DNA of 64,000 nucleotides from Candidatus Cloacimonadales bacterium (GTDB lineage Bacteria > Cloacimonadota > Cloacimonadia > Cloacimonadales > JAFGVF01): assembly GCA_963677495.2 (NCBI GenBank), contig CAXXOU010000001.1:384001-448000 (forward strand), read 5' to 3'. The notes under the pieces were generated by a model that ran no database searches, had not been told where the DNA came from, and was given only the letters and a program-made list of their open reading frames with translations. Shown piece by piece: positions 41,462-51,398 of this stretch; position 1 is the first letter of the stretch; every line of letters starts with the position of its first letter. The translations under genes and the position numbers were made by a program.

Positions 41462-44400
41462 TTAACCGAGTAATACATCGATTTGCTTAACAGTTCTATT
41501 TCTAACAGCTTCTGCATCATCACCTGAAAGGAATGTACTTTGGATTACTTTCTTTGTCCCATCAATAAACTCAAGTGTGTATGTAACAGGTTTGACAGAA
41601 ACTTCTCCAAATGTACTTTTCTTAGCTAAATTATGATAAGTTATCAAAATCCTTCCAAGATACATGAAACTAAATGTATTAGCAGAGAAAGTAATCTCTT
41701 TCCATTCATCTTTTATAAATAACTTTTTCGTCTTAGGAGTTTTCGTGAAAATCCAATCAGGCAGAACAGGATTAAGCTTAAAAATCAATCTCTGCTCGTC
41801 ATTAACTGAGAAAGGATATCTTCCTGTTGCCATGTGTAATAAGATACTTATGAATTCCGCAGTTGCACCACTAAGTCTTGCTACAAAGCCATTTCCATGG
41901 ATAGATGAGTCAGGATTACCACTACTCACAATAAATGATGAGTTTTCTAGGATACTACGACCATAAATCTCAGGTTTCAAGAATGGGATGAATACGCTTT
42001 TTGAATCTTCAAAGAAGTCGTCGTAAAGTCCATTTCTGAGAACTTCAAGCATATACTTATATTCCATGTGGAGCCACACAGATTCATTCTCAAACCAACC
42101 CGGTGAGAAAGTACGAGCTCTACCAATTTCCATTGGTTGATCTGCCAAGGATTCGTTAACTTTATACATTTTCAGTTTAGGGTCGAAGAGACCACTGTTT
42201 CTGATGTTCCTTACAAGTTTTTGTGAGATACTCTTATCCTGACTTGATCTTAAGAAATGTACCGGTCCTTCTAAGAAGAGCGGAAGGTGAATCAGTTCAA
42301 ACTCTAAAGCTTTGAAACAGGCTAATCCTTTGGCATTTCTCTTAACAACCTTTTTACCTTTAGGGTCAGTTTCATATATAAGCTCATGTTTTGAGACTTT
42401 GTTGATAAAATAAGTGGATATTACGTTCTGAGTCTTATTCCAAGCTTTCTCAATACCGTCCTCTATTCTTTCGAGACCTAACTTCAAGAGTGCCACTACT
42501 TGCTCAATTGATATCAGTAACTCTTTACCACTAATACCATATCGAGTCTTTTCGCGATACAGTTCCTTAAGTGAAGTAGCATTATCCCAATAGTTAAATG
42601 GAGAAGGATTCGTGTTCAGAAGCTCAAGAAGTGTTAATGCGAAAGTATGTAGCTCTTCCGGAATATTGAGTGAAGTGTTGGCATCTTGCCATTTCTCTAA
42701 TGAATCCAAAAGGAACTTGATATGTCTTTTCACTTCTAATGTTTCACTTAAACTGGAACCAATTAAACCGGGTAAACCATTCAGAGCATCATACCAGTTT
42801 GGCTTATCTGATTCCATTTCAATGCCAACCCCGGAACCATCCAGTGATGCGAGTTTGTTGATAATTAGACAAAGCATCTTATTGAAAAGGGTTGTATAAT
42901 ATACTTCACCCTTTCCATATTTTGTGTGAACTTTGTTTTTATCAATCAAGCGTTGGCTAAGAAGTTGCTCTTTCTCATCATCAAACACGACACTGTTAAG
43001 TTGCATGAGATTGCCATCCCAGATAACATACTTATCTTTTCTTGGGGCTACCAGATGCGGATTATCATAATATGTGTATTCTTTCTTGTTAAAGAGAAGA
43101 TTCACTTTCTCTTCCGGATAAACAGCTAAGTAGTTTTCTAATAGGTCTAAATTATAGGTCCAGTGATCTGTCCAATATCCTTCACCATAGCCTGTATCAT
43201 GCTTTTTAACACATAATCCAAGTAACTCTCCGAGGAATAGCTCAACATTATCGATACTTGTAACTTGAATATCCTTAAGGTAGGATAAAAGTTCTCCCGG
43301 GGTAAAAGGATTCATTAAATAATCTTTAACTAACTCTATTTGCTCTTTATTGATATAGCTTTTCAACAGGTTATTTAATTTCTTAGGTTTTGAAATAGCA
43401 AACCTAATCTCTTTTATCACAAGAGGGTTGAATCCATCTAATTGGATAAGGTTGTAGAAATGTTCAATATTACTATCTTTAACATCCGGATTGAAGAAAA
43501 GGTCGCTTCTACGATTCTGATTAACATCCCTGTAGTTTCCATTACCTTGGGAGTATTTTGTCGGGGTTAGTCGATAATCGTTATAATCTCTTTCTAAATC
43601 TCCATGTTTTCTTGAATAAAGATGGAGTGTTGTAGAGCTATTCTTACCTTCAATAGTATAAGGCATACCTCCCCTCAGTGCATTATCGAGGAAGTTTTGT
43701 TTAGCATAGAAATCAAAGGGATCTACATCACTGCAGATAAAGTTGTTTTGTGTGAGTTTGTCGATTAACTCATAATTTTCTATCTTCTTAGCTTCAATAT
43801 ACTCTGGATTTGCTATTGTTGGAATAAGTGAGTTTAACTCATCTACTGATTCAGCATGACCAATTACAGATGTGTAAGTGAATGCAGAGCCTGCAGCTAA
43901 TGAGACACTCATAATTCCCATTGCTGATGGAAGCCTATTCTCGAAAATCTGTCCTTTTAATAGTTCATCAACTGAACTTTGCAGGAACATTTCAGGAACT
44001 TTATAATCTCCTCTATTGCCAAAAATCTTTACGGGATCGACAATCGGGTCTACTAACTCAACTTTATCCCCAAGCTTCTTGAACCCAACGTAGAAATTAC
44101 CTTTCTTAATCCTTACAACATCAGGTCTATCGGAAGGTTCTACTTTACCTTTGAAGAAAGGAGCTTTGGCTTCATAGTTTGTTACTTCAACAAATGCTTC
44201 GAACAAGCGTCTCATGAATTTTAGACCATTATTATCAATACCATATGGTACAATCAAAGGTAAGCCATCCATGAGATCGAATGATATTGGACTGTCACCT
44301 AAGTTCTCTATTCTAAGTTCGCGTATTAATCCGGCATAGCTTTCTTGAGGAACATTACTATACTCAACGATGAATCTGAGCTGTAATGATTTATTTGTTT

Positions 44401-44782
44401 CAATAAGAGTCAGTCCTGCAGGTTTAATTATCATCTGTTGCTCAATCTGCATCTCTTTAGTCTGCAAATCTTTTTGGAAAGGTTCGTAGAAAGTATATGT
44501 ATCTTTACTTTTAAACTTTAAGAAAGTTCTGAAACCTTGAGATGATACAAGGTTATATGCCCAGTTTGCAGGCAAAAACTCCATAATTGGTTTGTGCTTC
44601 CCTTCAATACCCATACTACAAACACATTGTCCTCTATTCACATAGAAGAGCCACATTGGTATACCATCTTTCCCGGCAACACCAGGAAAGAAACTTGAGA
44701 ACAGTTTTGAAGAGTTGTAATCTGCTATTACAAATTCACCTGTTTGATTCAATCTATATTTATTATTGGTAGGATTCATCAC
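41462..44782 (-). CDS. Probable beta-1,3-glucan phosphorylase (GH161-like), cytoplasmic
   Basis: FSSFFPG..G..GIPMW.FYVNRGQ, YSRKHGDLERDYN, GNGNYRDVNQNRR, WYDALNGLPG, ENESVWLHMEYK; 1106 aa; glucan-locus context. Confidence 0.75.
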   Translation of the reverse strand: MMNPTNNKYRLNQTGEFVIADYNSSKLFSSFFPGVAGKDGIPMWLFYVNRGQCVCSMGIEGKHKPIMEFLPANWAYNLVSSQGFRTFLKFKSKDTYTFYEPFQKDLQTKEMQIEQQMIIKPAGLTLIETNKSLQLRFIVEYSNVPQESYAGLIRELRIENLGDSPISFDLMDGLPLIVPYGIDNNGLKFMRRLFEAFVEVTNYEAKAPFFKGKVEPSDRPDVVRIKKGNFYVGFKKLGDKVELVDPIVDPVKIFGNRGDYKVPEMFLQSSVDELLKGQIFENRLPSAMGIMSVSLAAGSAFTYTSVIGHAESVDELNSLIPTIANPEYIEAKKIENYELIDKLTQNNFICSDVDPFDFYAKQNFLDNALRGGMPYTIEGKNSSTTLHLYSRKHGDLERDYNDYRLTPTKYSQGNGNYRDVNQNRRSDLFFNPDVKDSNIEHFYNLIQLDGFNPLVIKEIRFAISKPKKLNNLLKSYINKEQIELVKDYLMNPFTPGELLSYLKDIQVTSIDNVELFLGELLGLCVKKHDTGYGEGYWTDHWTYNLDLLENYLAVYPEEKVNLLFNKKEYTYYDNPHLVAPRKDKYVIWDGNLMQLNSVVFDDEKEQLLSQRLIDKNKVHTKYGKGEVYYTTLFNKMLCLIINKLASLDGSGVGIEMESDKPNWYDALNGLPGLIGSSLSETLEVKRHIKFLLDSLEKWQDANTSLNIPEELHTFALTLLELLNTNPSPFNYWDNATSLKELYREKTRYGISGKELLISIEQVVALLKLGLERIEDGIEKAWNKTQNVISTYFINKVSKHELIYETDPKGKKVVKRNAKGLACFKALEFELIHLPLFLEGPVHFLRSSQDKSISQKLVRNIRNSGLFDPKLKMYKVNESLADQPMEIGRARTFSPGWFENESVWLHMEYKYMLEVLRNGLYDDFFEDSKSVFIPFLKPEIYGRSILENSSFIVSSGNPDSSIHGNGFVARLSGATAEFISILLHMATGRYPFSVNDEQRLIFKLNPVLPDWIFTKTPKTKKLFIKDEWKEITFSANTFSFMYLGRILITYHNLAKKSTFGEVSVKPVTYTLEFIDGTKKVIQSTFLSGDDAEAVRNRTVKQIDVLLG

Positions 44783-44812
44783 TACCCCCTTATTTATTAT
44801 GAGTTAGAAGAA

Positions 44813-44840
44813 ACCAGCCAATACGATTGTATTGGCTGGT
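44813..44840 (-). terminator. Strong intra-operon hairpin (terminator or mRNA stabiliser)
   Basis: Perfect 12-bp stem ACCAGCCAATAC-gatt-GTATTGGCTGGT, followed on the minus strand by TTCTTCT. Confidence 0.7.
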
Positions 44841-44847
44841 ATGAAGT

Positions 44848-46722
44848 TTATTTGAGTAGAACCATTCTTCGGGTTTCTACAGGATTGTTGTTTACAGAAA
44901 GAGAATAGAAGTAGATTCCTGAGGCAACTTTATCAGCATTCCATTCTACTGTATGAGTAGCTGGTGATTTATAACCATCAGCTAATGTTTCAACTAATCG
45001 ACCTTTCACATCATAGACTTTCAAGCTTACATTAGCTGATTTGCTTAATGAGTAGCTGATACTTGTCCTTGGATTGAAAGGATTAGGATAATTGTTACCT
45101 AAACGATAAGTAGCACTTGATACGTTTGTTACATCATCCAAGCTTGTTGGTCTGTCATAGAAATATATGTTATCAATATAGAGAGTGTTAAGGTCTCCTG
45201 AGATAATCAACTGAGCTAAATGAGCTTGAGATGTTAGATTAGCAAAATCAGTGAAAGGTAAGTCCAAGCTTATCCAAGAACCGGAAGCAAGGATATTATT
45301 ACCAAGTATCAGTTCATGTTCTGTATCGTCTCCGCCACTCCAGGCACCGTCAGCACCAAAATCAACTAACTTGATTTTTAATTCTGTTGTGTCTGCAATA
45401 GCATCTGGAGTCCAAATATCCAAATGGAAGTTTGTCATTGCACTAGCATCAATTGTTTGAGATGTAAACTCAATTCCTAAGAATACGAGACTTGTGTATA
45501 GTTTTACATCATCACCTTCAACTTGTATATCTGATACATTCGCATTATCCCAATCAGCTGACCATGTGTCGATAGCAACATCTGTATAAGCGTTACTGAA
45601 CATTGAAATTACAGCTTCTGCTGGAGCTGTTGGTGTTGGTGCAGCAACTGTTGGACCTACAGGACCGGTATTCCCATCATGGAAGTATATATTATCTACG
45701 TATAGAGTGTTAGGATCACCGGATATAACTAACTGAGCAAGATGCTCCGTTGAAAGCAGATTAGTGAAATCTGATAATAGGATGTCCAAGCTAACCCAAG
45801 AATTTGGGATAACTATATCTTCAAGGAATGATAACTCATACTCTGAATCATCGCCACCAGACCACATGCCATCAGCACCGAAATCAACTAACTTGATTTT
45901 CAATTCCTCTAAACCTGTAATTGTGTCAGGAGTCCAAAAATCAAGATGGAAGTACTCCATGGCTGTAGCATCGATTGTGTTAGATGTGAACTCAATCCCT
46001 GCAAAAGATAGATTGGAATATAACTTAACATCATCTCCGGCAATTTGAACATCACTTACATCAGCATTATCCCAATCTGCAGACCATGTATCAACAGGAT
46101 TATCAGTATAGGCATTACTGAAGATTGAGATTACAGCATCACTAGAATGCATTGGTATAGGGGCTGCTGTTGTAGGTTCAGGGATTGGGGCAACATTGGT
46201 TTCAGGTAATTGAATATTATCAAAATAAAGAACATTATCAGCTGTTCTTGCTTCAAAATCAGGGATGACAATTAATCTGCTATATGTATTCCCTATCGAA
46301 CCTGAGAAATCGAAAGTTAATTCTTCCCACTGGTTTGTGAGAGTGTTAGCTACTTGCAATTCAACAGGAGCACTTGTTCCTTCAAACTTAATCGCTACAT
46401 TACTCACAACCGGTTTATACATCATGATTGTAACTGTTGTATTATTAGCAGTAAATTCGAAAGGTTCCATATCATCGCTAAAGCATAATGCCCAAGGTTG
46501 ACCACTTGCTCTTGCTGTGAACATAGCACTATTAGCTGAGTTATTGATGCCTGATGCATCAGGATTAGCAACAAACTCGAGAGGTGGATTGTCTCCATTC
46601 TCACCAACTGTCCAACCCCATTCAGCTCCTAAGCTTCCTGGTTCAAAATCTACATTAACATACTGTGCAAACATAGTCGCACAAAGCGTTAAAACAATTA
46701 ATGTTATTATATTCTTTTTCAT
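44848..46722 (-). CDS. Secreted non-catalytic glycan-binding-like protein (three beta-sandwich modules plus FlgD-Ig/T9SS-like CTD)
   Basis: Signal peptide; two AAP.P...AVIS.FS.AYTD...Y.DNIYF repeats; NYPNPFNPRT...SGIYFY...RRMVLLK. Confidence 0.75.
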   Translation of the reverse strand: MKKNIITLIVLTLCATMFAQYVNVDFEPGSLGAEWGWTVGENGDNPPLEFVANPDASGINNSANSAMFTARASGQPWALCFSDDMEPFEFTANNTTVTIMMYKPVVSNVAIKFEGTSAPVELQVANTLTNQWEELTFDFSGSIGNTYSRLIVIPDFEARTADNVLYFDNIQLPETNVAPIPEPTTAAPIPMHSSDAVISIFSNAYTDNPVDTWSADWDNADVSDVQIAGDDVKLYSNLSFAGIEFTSNTIDATAMEYFHLDFWTPDTITGLEELKIKLVDFGADGMWSGGDDSEYELSFLEDIVIPNSWVSLDILLSDFTNLLSTEHLAQLVISGDPNTLYVDNIYFHDGNTGPVGPTVAAPTPTAPAEAVISMFSNAYTDVAIDTWSADWDNANVSDIQVEGDDVKLYTSLVFLGIEFTSQTIDASAMTNFHLDIWTPDAIADTTELKIKLVDFGADGAWSGGDDTEHELILGNNILASGSWISLDLPFTDFANLTSQAHLAQLIISGDLNTLYIDNIYFYDRPTSLDDVTNVSSATYRLGNNYPNPFNPRTSISYSLSKSANVSLKVYDVKGRLVETLADGYKSPATHTVEWNADKVASGIYFYSLSVNNNPVETRRMVLLK

Positions 46723-46742
46723 TTTTCCTCCAAGTTATGATT

Positions 46743-49700
46743 CTACCGAACCGGTGTATCGCTTGCTTTTACATAATAGAATTTTCTTGATGTTCCTGCA
46801 GAACCGGTCCAACTTGTTCCATTATAGTTACCACCTGTAACTGGTGTAAAGTCACCATCCGGAGTTTCTGATTCATAAACAATATATGAGGATGCACCGG
46901 TAACTTCATCCCATGCAACTGTAACATCTGTACCAGTAACAGAAACTGTAACACCTTGTGGTATTCCGAGTGATAAAGGATTATCATTATAGAAATATAC
47001 GTTATCAATATAGACTGTATTTGGAGTTCCTGAGATAATCAACTGAGCCAAATGACCTGTGGTTGTTAAGTTAATAAAATCTGTAAGTGGAATATCAAGA
47101 CTTACCCACATTTCAGTATTCATTGTAGTTTCACCGAAAACAAGTTCATGCTCTACGTCATCTCCACCACCCCAAGAACCATCAGCACCAAAATCAACAA
47201 GTTTCACTTTAAACTCTGAAGGTGCAGAAGTATCATCCGGAGTCCATATATCCATATGGAAATGAGTCAATGAAGTTGCATCTATAGTTTGAGATGTAAA
47301 CTCAATTCCTGCAAAAACAAGATTAGTGTACAGTTTAACATTATCAGCTCCAACAAGCTCATCTTCAACGTCAGCTAAATCCCAAGGTGCTGACCACGTA
47401 TCAACAGTAACATCCTGATAAGCATCACTATACATAGAAATCACATTAGTGGCATCAGCAGTTGGCGTTGGAGCAGGTGCTTCAGGAGCTGGGTCAGCAA
47501 CGGTAAAGTTAATAGTATATGTCAATTCAGTTATACCGTCATCAGCTGTTACAACAATAGTACTTGCACCCGGTACAGAAGCAGGATTGTTCACAACATA
47601 ACTTGCGTTTGGATCATTTGTGATTGCTGTAATGGTTGGAACTCTCTGTGAACCTGAAGACAGTTCATACTCATATGTAAGAATTATTGAGGAGAATCCA
47701 TCAATAGATGTTCCTCCTACTCTAAGATCTGCTAAAGTAGCATCTGTTCCAGCAGCAGCAGGTGTCTTCCAAAAATAGATATTATCAAGATATATGGTTG
47801 AAGGTGTTACGCCAGCCTGACCATCAAACTTAAGCTGATGAATATCAGACATAGATACACCTGTGAAGTCTGACAATGGTATATCGAAGCTATTCCAAGC
47901 CATTGGTGTAATTGGTGTCAAAGAAACAAGAGATTCACCGGTTGACGCACTAATAGGTGAGAATAATACTACTGTTGCATCTTCAGTCCACATATCGATA
48001 TGGATATATTCCATTAAAGATAAGTCTTGATTACCATTCAATTGAGTTCCTTGATAATTAAAAGTATCATACTTCATCATATTGTTTCCTGCAACATCTT
48101 CAAAGCTTACTTGAGTTGATTGTCCCCACCATGGATTGAAGTTAGTTCCGGCAATATCTGTGTATGAATCACTATAAATAGAAATAACATCGTCAGCTGC
48201 ATCTGTCGGTTCTGGAGCAGGATTTGTTACTGTTGCAGGAGGGTCATCGACTGTGAAGTTGATGCTATATGTTTCAGTATCAGTGCCATTTTGAGCTGTT
48301 ACTACTACTTGAGTTGTTCCCGGTAAGGAAGCTGCATCATTTACAGTATGCGAAGCTAATGGGTCAGCAGTAGTAGCAGTAACTGTTGGTACTGCAGTAG
48401 TATCCCAGTCTAATAAAACATCATAGATAAGAGTTGTTGGAGAGAAACCACTTACTGTGGAACCATCTATTTGTAAGTCTGCCAAAGTTGCATCAGTACC
48501 TGCAACTGTAGGAGTTTTCCAGAAGTAGATATTATCAAGATAGATTGTAGAAGGATTTACACCGGCTTGACCATCAAACTTTAGTTGGAATATATCAAAC
48601 ATTGCAACTCCAGTAAAATCACTGAGAGGAATATCATAACTATTCCATGAACCAATATTAATTGGAGTTAGTGAAACTAAGTGTTCACCTGTTGTCTGAC
48701 TGATAGGTGAGAAAAGAATTACAGTTGCATCTGGAGTCCAGAGATCTATATGGATATATTCCATTGTAGATAAGTTTTGTACTGGTAGTTCTGTTCCTTG
48801 ATAATTGAAAGTATCATATTTCATTACATTGTTACCGACAATATCTTCAAAAGAAACTTGTGTAGATTGACCCCAGAACGGATCAAAGTTAGTTCCTGCG
48901 ATATCAGTATAAGAATCACTATAAACAGATACTACGTTTTCTTGTAACTCATCAGGAGTAGGTGCAGGTGTATCTAAAACAGTCGGTTGGGCAACTGTAA
49001 AAACTACACTGTAAGTAATCATAGTAGTTCCATCTTCGGCAGTTACAACTACTTCTGTTGTACCAGGTAATGATATAGCATCATTTACTACATGGGATGC
49101 ATTAACATCTGTAGTAGTTGCGGTTACAGTTGGAACAACAGTTGTACCTTCAGGAAGTTCAACATTGTATGTTAATGTATTTGTATCGAAGCCTGAAACT
49201 GTAGTCCCATCTATTAAGAGATCATTTAAAGTAGCATCACTACTTAATATAGGTGCTGAATAGAAGTAAATATTGTCAAGATATATAGTAGATGGAGAAA
49301 CACCACTCTGTCCATCAAACTTAAGTTGATGTATATCAATGAAAGATAAACCAACAAAATCTGTAAGAGGGATATCATAACTATTCCAGGTTTCAGTTGC
49401 TATTGGAGTAAGTGATACCAGATGCTCCCCGGTTGTAGCACTTATTGGTGAGAATAAAACTACGGTTGCATCTTCAGTCCACATATCGATGTGAACATGA
49501 GTCATAGAGCTTAAGTCATGAGCACCTAACAACTGAGTACCTTGATAGTTAAATGTGCCATATTTAAGCATATCGTTTGTATCAATCACTTCTGTAGTTA
49601 CAACTGTTGATTGTCCCCAAGGTGGGTTGAAATCAGTTCCTGCTAAATCAGTATATTCATCTGAGAATATTGAGATAACATCGGTTTCATTTTCATCCGG

Positions 49701-50285
49701 AGTTGGTGCTGCTATTTCCGGTTCAGCTGGTGGGGGTGGTGGAGTAGTATTCTCTTCCGGAATTACAATATTATCGAAATACAAAACGTTATCCTGGGCT
49801 CTCGCAGCAAAATCAGGTATAATAACTAATCTACTATATGAGTTTCCAATTGATCCTGAAAAATCAAAGTCTATCTGTTCCCACTGATTTACCAATGTAT
49901 TTGCTATCTGGATTTCAACTGGGGTACTTCCTCCTTCAAACTTGATTGCTACTGGACTGATAACCGGTTTGTAAACCATAATACTTACAGTACTATTAGT
50001 CGCATCAAACTCAAACAGATCTATATCATCTGTGTAACAAAGTGCCCAAGGGTTTCCACCACTCTCAGCAGTAAACTGAGCCACTGTAGCAGAAGTATTA
50101 ATTCCTGAGTTATCCGGATTTACCGGGAATGTTATAGCCGGGTTTGTACCATTTTCTGCAACAGTCCATGCCCATGCAGTTCCTGAATCCCCTGATTCAA
50201 AATCAATTGTTGTACTCTGTGCATATAACCCAAAAGTGAGTGATAGGCATATCAAAAGAAAAAAGACGATACCTTTTTTATTCAT
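46743..50285 (-). CDS. Secreted non-catalytic multi-module glycan-binding-like protein (five CBM-like modules, three cadherin-like spacers, short Fn3-like C-terminal domain)
   Basis: Start moved to ATG 50285 after GGAGGAG; repeats AP.P...VIS..SD.YTD...YLDNIYF alternate with DATL.DL..G....GF; C-terminal W..VTGASSY.VY.S..P...KFYYVKA. Confidence 0.75.
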   Translation of the reverse strand: MNKKGIVFFLLICLSLTFGLYAQSTTIDFESGDSGTAWAWTVAENGTNPAITFPVNPDNSGINTSATVAQFTAESGGNPWALCYTDDIDLFEFDATNSTVSIMVYKPVISPVAIKFEGGSTPVEIQIANTLVNQWEQIDFDFSGSIGNSYSRLVIIPDFAARAQDNVLYFDNIVIPEENTTPPPPPAEPEIAAPTPDENETDVISIFSDEYTDLAGTDFNPPWGQSTVVTTEVIDTNDMLKYGTFNYQGTQLLGAHDLSSMTHVHIDMWTEDATVVLFSPISATTGEHLVSLTPIATETWNSYDIPLTDFVGLSFIDIHQLKFDGQSGVSPSTIYLDNIYFYSAPILSSDATLNDLLIDGTTVSGFDTNTLTYNVELPEGTTVVPTVTATTTDVNASHVVNDAISLPGTTEVVVTAEDGTTMITYSVVFTVAQPTVLDTPAPTPDELQENVVSVYSDSYTDIAGTNFDPFWGQSTQVSFEDIVGNNVMKYDTFNYQGTELPVQNLSTMEYIHIDLWTPDATVILFSPISQTTGEHLVSLTPINIGSWNSYDIPLSDFTGVAMFDIFQLKFDGQAGVNPSTIYLDNIYFWKTPTVAGTDATLADLQIDGSTVSGFSPTTLIYDVLLDWDTTAVPTVTATTADPLASHTVNDAASLPGTTQVVVTAQNGTDTETYSINFTVDDPPATVTNPAPEPTDAADDVISIYSDSYTDIAGTNFNPWWGQSTQVSFEDVAGNNMMKYDTFNYQGTQLNGNQDLSLMEYIHIDMWTEDATVVLFSPISASTGESLVSLTPITPMAWNSFDIPLSDFTGVSMSDIHQLKFDGQAGVTPSTIYLDNIYFWKTPAAAGTDATLADLRVGGTSIDGFSSIILTYEYELSSGSQRVPTITAITNDPNASYVVNNPASVPGASTIVVTADDGITELTYTINFTVADPAPEAPAPTPTADATNVISMYSDAYQDVTVDTWSAPWDLADVEDELVGADNVKLYTNLVFAGIEFTSQTIDATSLTHFHMDIWTPDDTSAPSEFKVKLVDFGADGSWGGGDDVEHELVFGETTMNTEMWVSLDIPLTDFINLTTTGHLAQLIISGTPNTVYIDNVYFYNDNPLSLGIPQGVTVSVTGTDVTVAWDEVTGASSYIVYESETPDGDFTPVTGGNYNGTSWTGSAGTSRKFYYVKASDTPVR

Positions 50286-50303
50286 TGTCTCCTCCATATC
50301 GCT

Positions 50304-51398
50304 TTAGTTGATTGTTTTTCTTTTATTTAGTTGATAGTTTATGAATGATTGCTTGGGTTCCCTGTTCTCATAGAAAACTCCCCAATTCTTCTCGACTTCA
50401 TTTGCACCTGTTTTCTCAGCTCCACCTTTCCAAGGTTCATCAAATGCTTCAAACAGGAATGTAGTTACTTGATTTTTCTCTATCCACTTATCAAGCATGA
50501 TTAGGAAATGCTCTTGAGCCTTTAGCCCCACATCTCCCTTAATAAGCGTGCCTTGTTGACCATCACCTTTTTTGTCCGGATTGTAGTTGGTTGCCCAACC
50601 TATCTCTCCGAGTATAACTGTTTTGCCATTGTGCTGTTCTTTTACTAAGATAATTTCATTATCAAGCCATTCAATAGAATCATCCAGCTGCTGACTATTC
50701 CATAATGGATAGGCATGCGTTACTATTAGGTCTAATTCTGAAGCAATTCTTTTACTATCAGGTTTGTTCCAAAAATTGTAATCATCAGCAGTAGTAACAG
50801 GTTGAGCAATATTGTTTCTAACAACTCGAATGTACTTTCTCAGGTTTTCTTCTTTCATCTTGTGCCAAGACCAAAATACCTGTGTTTCATTTCCAACATT
50901 TACGATTAAAACTGTTTCTTCATGCTTTCTTGCTAAATCTATTGCACGAAGAACGTTTTTAACATTCTCAGCCTTTTTAAGCTCGTTTTCTGATTCTTTT
51001 TCGAGCCAAACGCCAAGCATGACCTTTATTGGGTAATCATGTTCTTCAATTATTGATATTATTCTTTCAGTATCATCATCTGCATTATAAACACGAATCA
51101 GATTCCAGTGTTGAACAATAATATCTAAATCTTCTTTGATCTCCTCATCTGTTGGTCCGGGTCCCCAAGGAGCTTGTCCTTTTCGATAGCAACCATACGA
51201 TACTGCGTTTCCAATCCATTCATCATTTAAATAAGGACGGAATTCTCTTCTAATGAATGGCTGTTCTTTCTCAACTTTAGAAGCAGATTTTAGCTGCTCT
51301 TCTATTTCAACAAGTGACTTATTTCTTTCGATACTACATGAAACAGTCAGAATAATTAGACATAGTATTGAAAGCAGCTTAAATGTAGTCTTTATCAT
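50304..51398 (-). CDS. GH17 beta-1,3-glucanase/glucosyltransferase-like lipoprotein
   Basis: IRVY, VNVGNE, ILGEIGWAT, FEAFDEPWK, EKNWGVF; lipobox TVSC; start moved to ATG 51398 overlapping GH30 TGA. Confidence 0.88.
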   Translation of the reverse strand: MIKTTFKLLSILCLIILTVSCSIERNKSLVEIEEQLKSASKVEKEQPFIRREFRPYLNDEWIGNAVSYGCYRKGQAPWGPGPTDEEIKEDLDIIVQHWNLIRVYNADDDTERIISIIEEHDYPIKVMLGVWLEKESENELKKAENVKNVLRAIDLARKHEETVLIVNVGNETQVFWSWHKMKEENLRKYIRVVRNNIAQPVTTADDYNFWNKPDSKRIASELDLIVTHAYPLWNSQQLDDSIEWLDNEIILVKEQHNGKTVILGEIGWATNYNPDKKGDGQQGTLIKGDVGLKAQEHFLIMLDKWIEKNQVTTFLFEAFDEPWKGGAEKTGANEVEKNWGVFYENREPKQSFINYQLNKRKTIN

